Part shown: positions 18,797-27,233 of the stretch, piece by piece
How positions within the stretch are numbered: the first letter of the stretch is position 1
Layout of the letters: every line of letters starts with the position of its first letter
NCBI GenBank assembly: GCA_022865215.1
Contig: JALIDP010000003.1
Span: 1 to 50,501 of the forward strand
DNA length: 50,501 bases
Source: Candidatus Nanohalarchaeota archaeon QJJ-7
Lineage (GTDB): Archaea > Nanohalarchaeota > Nanosalinia > Nanosalinales > Nanohalalkaliarchaeaceae
Direction of reading: 5' to 3'
The notes under the pieces: generated by a model
What the model was told of the DNA's origin: nothing
The model's input: only the letters and a program-made list of their open reading frames with translations
The model's database searches: none
Made by a program: the position numbers and the translations under genes

Positions 18797-20163
18797 GCCT
18801 GGACAGCCTTTTCGAACCCGATAACGTTGCGATAATCGGTGCATCGAGGGAAGGGGGAAAGGTCGGTCACTCGATCCTCAGGAACTTCATGGAGGAAGAT
18901 TTCGGGGGCGAGATATACCCTGTGAACCCGGAAGCCGATAGTATCCTGGGCCTGAGATCTTACGAGTCGGTTCTGGATATCCCTGGAGAAGTGGATCTAG
19001 GAGTGGTGACCGTTCCTCCCACCGCAGCTAACTCTGTTATAGAGGAAGCAGTCGAGAAAGGAGTGAATAACCTTATAGTCATCACCTCAGGGTACGGAGA
19101 GATAGGTGGGGAAGGGGTAGAGAGGGAAGAAGAGCTGGAAGATATCCTAGAGGGTTCCGACACCCGCCTGGTAGGTCCGAACTGCCTCGGTGTATATGAC
19201 TCTTTCTCGGGAGTTGATACACTCTTCCTGCCCTCCTACAAGCTGAAGCGTCCACCAGAAGGAGATATCGCGATAGTTACGCAGAGCGGGGCCTTCGGCT
19301 CCGCAGTCATGGATCTCCTGGCGGACATGGAGGTCGGCATATCCCGCTTCGTTAGCTACGGTAACCAGGCGGATGTCACCGAGACAGAGCTCCTTGAATG
19401 GCTGGACCAGGACGATGAGACAGAGGCTATAGCTGTATACATGGAAGGGGTTTCAGACGGTGAAAAATTCCTGGAAAAGGCAAGGAAAGTTACTGAAGAC
19501 AAACCAATAGTGGCACTGAAAGGTGGGAAATACGGATCCGGTAGAGAAGCGGTGAGTTCCCATACAGGATCTCTTGCCGGCAGCTATGAAGTCTACAGGG
19601 GCGTCTTCAGCCAGGCCCGCATCCTGGAGGCTGATAACATCGAACAGCTTTTCGATTACTCCCGGGCACTCGCCTACAACAAACCTCTGGACGGGAGGAA
19701 CATCGCGGTCGTTACGAACGGGGGAGGGTTCGGGGTTCTGACAGCGGATGCACTAGAGGAACAGGGACTGAAGCTGGCGGAATATTCTACATCAACAGAA
19801 GAGCAGCTTCGAGAGGCCGTCCCAGACTATGGTAATGTCGAGAACCCGCTTGACCTGGTGGGGGACGCAGATTCCAAGAGATATGAGAGATCTCTCGAGG
19901 TCCTGGAGAAAGACCCGAACATCGACGGTATCATAGTAATCCCGCTTCTACAGCCACTGCCGCTGGAATCGGATGTTATAGATGCGATAGTGAACTTCAA
20001 TGAGGGGTACACTGAGCCTCTAGTAGTCTGTATGACCGGAGGGGAATACACGGGAGTTCATGCAAAGAACCTGGAGAAGAACGAAGTAGCGGCTTACTCC
20101 TCACCTAAGAGAGCTGTAGACGCTATGGAGGCTCTTTACAGGTACGGTGACTGGAGAAGCTAG
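18793..20163 (+). CDS. acdA: ADP-forming acetyl-CoA synthetase, alpha (CoA-binding) subunit
   Basis: AIIGAS, YPVNP, GPNCLG, QSGA, SHTGSLAG (phospho-His), NGGG-GV and NPLDL-GDA; ATGA overlap with acdB. Confidence 0.9.
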   Translation: MSLDSLFEPDNVAIIGASREGGKVGHSILRNFMEEDFGGEIYPVNPEADSILGLRSYESVLDIPGEVDLGVVTVPPTAANSVIEEAVEKGVNNLIVITSGYGEIGGEGVEREEELEDILEGSDTRLVGPNCLGVYDSFSGVDTLFLPSYKLKRPPEGDIAIVTQSGAFGSAVMDLLADMEVGISRFVSYGNQADVTETELLEWLDQDDETEAIAVYMEGVSDGEKFLEKARKVTEDKPIVALKGGKYGSGREAVSSHTGSLAGSYEVYRGVFSQARILEADNIEQLFDYSRALAYNKPLDGRNIAVVTNGGGFGVLTADALEEQGLKLAEYSTSTEEQLREAVPDYGNVENPLDLVGDADSKRYERSLEVLEKDPNIDGIIVIPLLQPLPLESDVIDAIVNFNEGYTEPLVVCMTGGEYTGVHAKNLEKNEVAAYSSPKRAVDAMEALYRYGDWRS

Positions 20164-20993
20164 TTAAGCTCGTTCTCTATGGCATCGGATACAGAACCGT
20201 AAGAAGATTTCTGGATCTGTATCCCGTTCACGAACACTGTCGGAGTCCCCTCCACTCCCACGTTCCGCCCCTCGTTGAAGTCGGAACGGACCTCGGACTC
20301 CGCATCTGAGTCCTGCATACATGTTTCGATATCACTTCCGGCGACTCCTTCTTCTCCTGCCCAGGAGACTATCCTGTCCTGGACGTTCGATTCAGAAAGA
20401 TCGTCCTGGTTCGCGAACACCTTATCCTTCACGTTCCAGAACGCATCATTACCGCCCTCACGGAACACGCACTCCATGGCTACCGCGGCCTCGTCCGACC
20501 ACGGATGCATATCCCCTGCATAGGTCAGCGGGAAGTCCTTCCATACAATTTTTACCTCTCCAGAATCCACATACTCGCTTTTCAGCCTGGAGGTGACTGA
20601 CTGATCGAACGATCGGCAAGCAGGACACTCGAAATCCTCGAAAAGAGTTACCCTTACTGGCGCGGAACTGTTCCCGAGTACAGGTTCTCCTCCGTTCGAC
20701 ATATTCACAGCATCGACAGTCCTGCCTGTCGGCTCGGAACCAGAATTGAACTTGATAACACTAGAGGATGAAGATATATAGACGAGAGCCGCCAGTATCC
20801 CTACAGCGAGTACAAGAGTTGCTATGGTCTCTGATGACAGGGAAAATCCCTTCTCAGACGAATCAAGCTGGTTCAGCTCCCTCTTCAGTTCGTCTCTCTC
20901 GTGTGAAGAGATCTTGTCATCGTGCTGATCCAGGATGTGATCTATCTCCTCCTCTCTGGAATCGACTTCCCGACCACACTTGTCACACTTCAT
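20160..20993 (-). CDS. dsbA: Membrane-anchored DsbA-family oxidoreductase with N-terminal C2H2 zinc finger
   Basis: MKCDKC…H-x3-H, TM, EDFECPAC, WKDFPL and GV-GTPTVFVNG. Confidence 0.85.
   Translation of the reverse strand: MKCDKCGREVDSREEEIDHILDQHDDKISSHERDELKRELNQLDSSEKGFSLSSETIATLVLAVGILAALVYISSSSSVIKFNSGSEPTGRTVDAVNMSNGGEPVLGNSSAPVRVTLFEDFECPACRSFDQSVTSRLKSEYVDSGEVKIVWKDFPLTYAGDMHPWSDEAAVAMECVFREGGNDAFWNVKDKVFANQDDLSESNVQDRIVSWAGEEGVAGSDIETCMQDSDAESEVRSDFNEGRNVGVEGTPTVFVNGIQIQKSSYGSVSDAIENELN
20403..20477. repeat. 75-bp near-identical repeat, copy 1 (copy 2 at 22538-22612), shared by the two dsbA genes
   Basis: 3 mismatches in 75 bp by manual alignment. Confidence 0.85.
20881..20993. 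repeat. 113-bp near-identical repeat, copy 1 (copy 2 at 21574-21686), encoding the zinc-finger module
   Basis: 7 mismatches in 113 bp by manual alignment. Confidence 0.9.
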
Positions 20994-21047
20994 ACCTCTC
21001 ACCTCTCATCCATCTTTTTAATTCGAAGCCGGAAAACTCTGAAGATT

Positions 21048-21686
21048 CTATACGGATTCGCCATAGACTATCTCGATAACATCATTGTCACGGAGGACAT
21101 GGGACAACGGATCTTCTATCTCTTCCCCGTTAACGGTCAATGAAAGAGTGGTGGCGTCGTCCTCGCAGTAAGTATCATCTTCGACAGTCATACAGGTCTC
21201 GTTCACACTTATACCGTGCTGTTCAAGAGCGTATCCTATAGTGACTCCGGTCGCGTGCTTGTGGAGCGTGGAACCATCACCTCCCTCGAAGTGGATACGC
21301 GGGTTCTGGGTCTGGGAATGCTGATATTTTGGCTTTGAGAATTCGATTGGATCGCCGTTCACGGTTACAGATAACTGGGCGTGTTCATGCGCCGATCCTG
21401 GAGGTCCTAGGGATACCTCTACAGGTCCCGAATCTCCTCCTGTAGAGAAAGATATGATCCCTGTGGAGGCCAGTCCGTACCCCAGCACGAGCAGCGATAG
21501 CAACACCACACCTACCCCTAGCTTCCGTACAGGTAGCGACATCCCACCGCTTCCGTCAATATCGTTCAATTCTCTCTTCATTTCGTCTCTCTCGTGTGAA
21601 GAGATCTTGTCCTCGTGCTGATCCAGGATGTGCTCTATCTCCTCCTCCCTGGAACCGACCTCCCGACCACACTTGTCACATTTCAT
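21048..21686 (-). CDS. C2H2 zinc finger + TM + extracellular His-rich, beta-grasp-like domain protein
   Basis: Same N-terminus as 20993; HEHA, IHFE and HKHA motifs; C-x8-C; VNGE…D-D-I-I-Y. Confidence 0.75.
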   Translation of the reverse strand: MKCDKCGREVGSREEEIEHILDQHEDKISSHERDEMKRELNDIDGSGGMSLPVRKLGVGVVLLSLLVLGYGLASTGIISFSTGGDSGPVEVSLGPPGSAHEHAQLSVTVNGDPIEFSKPKYQHSQTQNPRIHFEGGDGSTLHKHATGVTIGYALEQHGISVNETCMTVEDDTYCEDDATTLSLTVNGEEIEDPLSHVLRDNDVIEIVYGESV

Positions 21687-21714
21687 ATCATTTCACCCTT
21701 GTCCATCTTTTAAT

Positions 21715-22263
21715 TCAATCCAGGTTGCAGGTCCTCGGGTCTCCGTAGTAGCCGAGAAAACCTATCAGGAAAAGCGACCCCAGTACTCTCACCCCGTTCC
21801 CCTGGAACGGCAAGATGCCTATAGCACCTGCGGCACCAAGAAGACCTATCAGTCCTGCTCCACATCCCGCACACCCCCCTATGAAGAATACCGGCACCAT
21901 CCCGCCTATACCTCCAAGACTGAAGTATACACCGCCACTACTGACCTGGATCACGATGTGTAAAAGTACTACAGCGGTAAGTACTGAATAAACTATCATC
22001 AGGGACGTCCCTATAGCTCCTACCGATGCAAAGAGATTGGAGTTGAGCGCTACAAGAGCCTCCCCCAGGTATGCGATATCCGAGGATAGGAGCTGCCAGG
22101 AGTATTCAGGGAAGGTGCTGAGTACGAAAAGAGAGTATACTAGTAACGACATCGCCACTCCTGTCACTACCTTTCCCGGGGTATGGAGAGTACCTCTGAT
22201 AGCGTTCTCCAGATCCTTCAGAAACGTCTTTGGTCGAGGTATAGTGACTCGCATCGTCCCCAT
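21715..22263 (-). CDS. 4-TM membrane protein with an intramembrane CxxC
   Basis: GGCAGCGAGL within a hydrophobic segment; LPFQG; a C-terminal Cys. Confidence 0.7.
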   Translation of the reverse strand: MGTMRVTIPRPKTFLKDLENAIRGTLHTPGKVVTGVAMSLLVYSLFVLSTFPEYSWQLLSSDIAYLGEALVALNSNLFASVGAIGTSLMIVYSVLTAVVLLHIVIQVSSGGVYFSLGGIGGMVPVFFIGGCAGCGAGLIGLLGAAGAIGILPFQGNGVRVLGSLFLIGFLGYYGDPRTCNLD

Positions 22264-22288
22264 AGATAGATTTGAGAGGAGTTAAAAC

Positions 22289-23173
22289 TTACCCGTTCAG
22301 CTCTGAATCGATGACCGATTCGAAAACGCTGTACGGCTGGGCTCCAACGATCTTCTTCCCGTTAATGAAGACCGTAGGTGTCCCGGTAGCTCCTACTGAA
22401 TCCGCTCCCTGCTTATCTGCGTTGACCTCGTCCATCGGATTATCATTGTCTAGACACTGCTGGATAGCTGATTCGCTCACTCCTTCTTCAGAGGCGTACT
22501 GCTTTATATTATCATAGACGTTGCTCTCGGTTATCTGGTCCTGGTTCGCGAACACCTCATCCTTCACGTTCCAGAACGCATCATCACCGCCTTCACGGAA
22601 CACGCACTCCATAGCGGCAGCACCATCATCTGCCCAGGGGTGAACCCTTTCCGGAAGGGGGAGATCTTTCCATACAAATTTCACGTCTCCTGTATCCACA
22701 TAATTAGATACTATCTGGGGAACGGCGTTCTCCTCGAACCTCTTGCAGAAAGGACATTCAAAGTCTTCATAGATCACCATCGTAACAGGTGCATCTGACT
22801 GTCCGAGTACTGGTTCTCCCTCGAGAGATATCTCGCTCGGGTCTATCGTGTCCTCTACCGCCTCGTTCTGGGTCGGCGAGGGATCATCGTTATTCTGAGT
22901 ATCCTGCTGCGAGGGCTGGTTCTCAGCCTGGACGGTATCCCCTGTCACTCCTGTGAAAGAGTCGATTGTCGACATGAAGAATCCTCCTGCGAAAACTCCG
23001 ATGAGGAAAGCCAGCAGAATCGCGTGGGCCGCCTTCAGCTCGAAGCTGAAGTAGCCTTCAGATCCAGACGGAGAATCACTTCCTGAAGATGAATCTCCGT
23101 GAACCTGCGCCTCGTGGACATGAAGCCCTCTTTCGGAGTCAAAATCTTCTCCACACTCGTTGCAGGTAGGCAT
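22289..23173 (-). CDS. dsbA: Membrane-anchored DsbA-family oxidoreductase with N-terminal C2H2 zinc finger
   Basis: CNECGEDFDSERGLHVHEAQVH, TM, EDFECPFCKRF and GTPTVFING…GAQPY. Confidence 0.9.
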   Translation of the reverse strand: MPTCNECGEDFDSERGLHVHEAQVHGDSSSGSDSPSGSEGYFSFELKAAHAILLAFLIGVFAGGFFMSTIDSFTGVTGDTVQAENQPSQQDTQNNDDPSPTQNEAVEDTIDPSEISLEGEPVLGQSDAPVTMVIYEDFECPFCKRFEENAVPQIVSNYVDTGDVKFVWKDLPLPERVHPWADDGAAAMECVFREGGDDAFWNVKDEVFANQDQITESNVYDNIKQYASEEGVSESAIQQCLDNDNPMDEVNADKQGADSVGATGTPTVFINGKKIVGAQPYSVFESVIDSELNG

Positions 23174-23270
23174 CGTCCCCCGTTATTTGTAGAACCTTTA
23201 AATATAACACGGTTCTAAAGAACAGACCTCAGAAAATTTATCGGTCTTTCTGATAGAAAGGGATCTTTCC

Positions 23271-23798
23271 TCACCCGAGTAGATACCTGATCCATGGGTT
23301 CTCTTCCACGATATCTGTCCTTTCCAGGTATGAATCTAATCCGAATAACCTCCCTGCACCGAACGTCCCGAGACCGAACAGCAGGAAGATGTATACCACA
23401 TGGTAATCCACTACCATCGCATGGGATAGAGGGAACGAGGATATCCAGTAGAAAGCCATCAATACACTCCCCCAGAATGCGTTCCACCGGACAAGAGCTC
23501 CAGCCATCAGGCCGAGACCGACCAATGTGAGGCCCCAGGCGTTGAGCGGGTCTACCAGCCAGAGCCACTCGTTCGCCAGGACAGTCCATATGGTCTGGAA
23601 AGGATTGGAAGCTGCAACACCTGAAAGATAGCCCGCGGCCGACCAACCCGGGTCCATGAGCTTGGTCACCCCTCCATAAAAGAGCGTCCACCCCATAACA
23701 AGTCTGAGAGCTAGAATCGAATATCCGACCCAGCGCTCGGAATATTCGAAAATTTTCCTCCGACCGAAAATTTCGGTCCTGACATCAGCGGAAGACAT
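23271..23798 (-). CDS. DoxX/DoxD-family membrane protein
   Basis: LRL-MGW-F-GG-KL, WSA-GYL, G-GL-G-LVR and GAGR-GLD. Confidence 0.85.
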   Translation of the reverse strand: MSSADVRTEIFGRRKIFEYSERWVGYSILALRLVMGWTLFYGGVTKLMDPGWSAAGYLSGVAASNPFQTIWTVLANEWLWLVDPLNAWGLTLVGLGLMAGALVRWNAFWGSVLMAFYWISSFPLSHAMVVDYHVVYIFLLFGLGTFGAGRLFGLDSYLERTDIVEENPWIRYLLG

Positions 23799-23937
23799 GT
23801 TATCAGTATCAGGAGGAGCGATTGTTAAACTTTCCTCCGACCTGGAGTGATCAACCTCCTATAGAGGGGCTATCAAAGATTCGGACAGTAATCAACAGCA
23901 TCTAGCAGTTCGCCACAGGATGAAAGAACTGCATGAC

Positions 23938-24507
23938 CTACTGGGCGCCAGCAGAGTTCTGCTCCGAGAACGGCTTCGACGTATCAATCGGCGGAGTAGA
24001 GAATATGTACCTCCCATCCGAGGTCACTGTTAATGGCGCTGTCTGGTTCCTCCCACCGGCCGAAATCACAAGATCGGCCTGGTAAAGATTGCTCCCTGAC
24101 ATCTTCTCCACCTCCTCAACTTCTACCGTCACATTTTGAGGGAACATAGAGTCAGAGTTCTCAGAGAAGTAAGTCTCTATCTTATCAGCCGAGGGGGCAG
24201 ATGAAGTCCCGGGAAGACCCGCACCTGAAGATACAAGCATACCCGCCACCAATAGTCCTATCACGAGACCTAATGCGAACACACCAAGAGTCTCAGTCCT
24301 CATCGAGACAGATACATTCTCTTCCCCTCCCTCGCCCCCAGCCTGCTCCTCTGCGCTCTCCTCGAGCCAGTCTATCAAGGTAACCCGGTCCTTGTTGTTC
24401 TTCTCAGCTTCGAGAACTTTCCCTATATCGAGATCCTCCGCCTCCACTCTATCCTTGACATCATCTACGGTGCCCTCGACCACTTCATCGTAATCTGCTT
24501 CTTCCAT
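23938..24507 (-). CDS. Protein with N-terminal helical module, TM and DsbC-N-terminal-like domain
   Basis: N-terminal DY-VV…AE-NKDR-TLIDWL; one TM; C-terminal V-V…LY…VTSDGRYIF…ID. Confidence 0.7.
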   Translation of the reverse strand: MEEADYDEVVEGTVDDVKDRVEAEDLDIGKVLEAEKNNKDRVTLIDWLEESAEEQAGGEGGEENVSVSMRTETLGVFALGLVIGLLVAGMLVSSGAGLPGTSSAPSADKIETYFSENSDSMFPQNVTVEVEEVEKMSGSNLYQADLVISAGGRNQTAPLTVTSDGRYIFSTPPIDTSKPFSEQNSAGAQ

Positions 24508-24558
24508 CAGTTCCCCATTTCTCGCACTACTTTTTAAAATACCCCCTTCCGGAGAAAC

Positions 24559-25752
24559 TCACCCTAAGTCGAGTTCGTCACGGAGCTCCTTTATCTCTTC
24601 CTGTATCTGTTCCGACTCCATATCCTCTCCCGACTCCTCTGTTTCTCTTCCACCAGACTCCTGGTCTTCACCTATCCTGTCCTGTAACCATGACAGGAGT
24701 TCTTCCCTTCCCTGACCTTCCCTCTCTGCTGCTATCAGTGCAGCCACATCCAGATCCTGTTCCCTGACCATCTCCTTGACCTTCTCGATATCCTTCTCCA
24801 CTACATGATGGTAGTTCAGATCCTCCTCTTCCACAACCTCCTCTCCACCTCCTTCTTCGACATCTTCCTCCTCTTCCTCTACATCCTCAACCCCCTCTCC
24901 ATCCTCTTCTTCTACCGCCCCAACCTCTTCTTCATCCTCCTCTTCGACATCTTCCTCCTCTTCCTCAGCCCCTTCCTCCTCTTCCTCTTCACTTTCTCCT
25001 AGTTCTTCCTCTTCTCTATCGACAGCCTCAACCTCTTCTACCGCCTCCCCTCCGGATCCTTCCTCTTCAAACTCTTCTTCACCCGTTCCTCCACTTTCTG
25101 ATTCAGTTGTATCTCCAGCATCATCGGACTCTTCCCCGCCGCCCTCCACCGGTTCCTCGGCCCCAGTTTCACCTGTACCCTCCACCGGTTTTTCGGCCTC
25201 CTCTTCCTCACCCACGCCTTCAGGTCTAGGTGTATCACTCTCACCTGTACCTGAGCCCTCCTCGACCAGTTCCTCGTCTTCGAGCTCTTCCCCACTATCT
25301 TCCTCCCGCTTTTCCCTGACCTCCTCCTGGAGCTTCTTCCCGGCATGGTCTGAAAGGAGTTTCCTCAGGTCAGAACGCCGGGAATGCATCTCCTCTTTCA
25401 GATCAGCTATCTCCTCCTTTATCTCGAAATATTCATCGCTAACATCCTCAAACTGGTCCAGGAGCGCCCCTCCTATATCCGTCAGCTCGTAATCGATCTT
25501 GGCCCTCCCCCCTTCATCGTCGATGGTCCTCTCTATAAGGCCTATATCCTGCGCCTCAGATATCCTTGCCGAGATCGTGTTCGGACTTATGAGTACTGTC
25601 GGGCTCTCCTTGAGCTCGTTGAAAGATTTGTTATCCTTTCCCAGCTCGAAGATTATACTGAGAGCGCCTTTCCTCAGTATGAAGTCGCTTATATCTATAT
25701 CCTCCGACATCATCCCTGCCTCCAGAGTTGATACATCAATACCATCCCTCAC
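24559..25752 (-). CDS. HxlR-like winged-HTH protein with coiled coil, long acidic low-complexity linker and C-terminal helical module
   Basis: KGAL-IIFEL…SFNELK…ISP-TIS-R…GLIER…Y-LT-G. The start is probably the later MSEDID, which follows GGAGG. Confidence 0.75.
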   Translation of the reverse strand: MRDGIDVSTLEAGMMSEDIDISDFILRKGALSIIFELGKDNKSFNELKESPTVLISPNTISARISEAQDIGLIERTIDDEGGRAKIDYELTDIGGALLDQFEDVSDEYFEIKEEIADLKEEMHSRRSDLRKLLSDHAGKKLQEEVREKREEDSGEELEDEELVEEGSGTGESDTPRPEGVGEEEEAEKPVEGTGETGAEEPVEGGGEESDDAGDTTESESGGTGEEEFEEEGSGGEAVEEVEAVDREEEELGESEEEEEEGAEEEEEDVEEEDEEEVGAVEEEDGEGVEDVEEEEEDVEEGGGEEVVEEEDLNYHHVVEKDIEKVKEMVREQDLDVAALIAAEREGQGREELLSWLQDRIGEDQESGGRETEESGEDMESEQIQEEIKELRDELDLG

Positions 25753-26193
25753 CTGAACAATACTCGAGCTGCTATTTAAAAGTGAAAAGGGGCACCCGAT
25801 CTGAAGTGTTCTGACATACAGGTCATCTCTGGTCTCGATGTACCATACTACTCTCTCGATATATAAGGGACAGCGAGATTTGTCCGATATTTACACCCGC
25901 AATTGAACATCATTCTACCTGTACCCGGTGCAAGAAAACCGGCATCGATCCATACAACTTTGCCTCTGAAGAGGTCGAAAATCGGCGTTATAGATGCTTT
26001 AATTTCGCTATGTTCTTAATGACAAAGTAAATGGGCGGTTTTGGGGAAAAGCAGAAAATCGGCGCGCTTCTTGTTTTCTCCATATTTTGCGGGTTTTATC
26101 GGTGGAAACACCTCGAATGAATACATCAGAAATTTGCGCCGGCAAAGATACGAATCGGCAAAGATTAAAAATTCCGGAATTCCTCAACCATCC

Positions 26194-27201
26194 ATGGAAG
26201 ATCTCATCCGCTTCTACCTCCTGGAGCAACCGCGCAGCGTCAGCGATATGATAGAAGAGCTGACCAGCAAGGAGTTGAGCGATGATGCAGGTAAACGTAG
26301 CGATGAGATACCACACATCGCAGGGAACTGGTTCAGGGAGGATAGCGGCTACCTGTGGCGCCTCCAGGATAAAGACCTCATCAAGGATCAGGGGCGCCAG
26401 TACGCTGTGGACCGAGATACGCTGGTCGAAGGTCTCCTAAGCAGTATAAATGCCCAGCAGTGTTTCTCTGCAACAGAAGTCCGGGGAGAAGATGCGGAAC
26501 TCGATGACGCGTACTCGCACATCCTGCCCGACATGACACTGAGGGACCTGAAAAGCGATCTGAAAGAAGAAGTGTTCACAGGACCTTTTATGAAGGAGCT
26601 GTTCGATTTCCAGCGCTGGAAGGATTCTCTCCTGTCTCCTGAAACCGCAGAAGGTCGCATCGCATCATACCGTCTGGAACTGGGATTCTGGCCCTCGGTA
26701 CACTTCATACTCCTTTCAACTATACTCGCCTCCCGTAAGAGACATATAACGGAGACTCTGGAGAAGGACGAGGAGCATTACTTCGAGTGGCGCAGTCGCA
26801 GACAGGCCCTGGAAGATTCACAGGAGGCACTCCAGGAGAGACTGGTCCATGAACATGTTCCCGGAACAGAGAAAGAGGAAGACGGAACTTTTGTACCCGA
26901 AAGAGCCCAGAAACTTGTTGAAGGGTTTCAAGACGGGCCGGAAAAACTGAAGGAAGATTCCACCGAGATACTTGCCAACCTGTACCTCCTGTCCCTGAAC
27001 GATGGTGTCGAGCTCTTCAACCAGTACTCACGTTACGACCACGATATCAACCTCTTCTTCAACCTCATGGAGAGAGGGTGGATGGTTAGAGAAAACAGTG
27101 TAAAGCGGGATGAAAGGACCGGTAATATAGTTGTACCCCTGGGCGAGGTACGGTCCTACCTCCATGATCTGGCCGCCCTTCCCCACCACCGGTCATCGTA
27201 A
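26194..27201 (+). CDS. Hypothetical protein with possible N-terminal wHTH
   Basis: ATG 26194 lies about 25 bp after ATTAAAAA; MEDLIRFYLLEQPRSVSDMIEEL resembles an HTH start. Confidence 0.6.
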   Translation: MEDLIRFYLLEQPRSVSDMIEELTSKELSDDAGKRSDEIPHIAGNWFREDSGYLWRLQDKDLIKDQGRQYAVDRDTLVEGLLSSINAQQCFSATEVRGEDAELDDAYSHILPDMTLRDLKSDLKEEVFTGPFMKELFDFQRWKDSLLSPETAEGRIASYRLELGFWPSVHFILLSTILASRKRHITETLEKDEEHYFEWRSRRQALEDSQEALQERLVHEHVPGTEKEEDGTFVPERAQKLVEGFQDGPEKLKEDSTEILANLYLLSLNDGVELFNQYSRYDHDINLFFNLMERGWMVRENSVKRDERTGNIVVPLGEVRSYLHDLAALPHHRSS

Positions 27202-27233
27202 GTATTATTACCCGTCTATGACAATCAGGAGAC

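Noticed and set aside
23762-23778. Inverted repeat GACCGAAA-A-TTTCGGTC
   Set aside because: Single short occurrence inside the DoxX coding region; cannot be distinguished from chance.
24820-25320. CRISPR-like or satellite repeat in the TCC/TCT-rich tract
   Set aside because: Explained by Glu codons in frame; there is no repeat-spacer periodicity.
26041-26193. TTG-started extension of the 386-aa ORF
   Set aside because: Basic, atypical composition; a TATA-like box fits a leaderless start at 26194.
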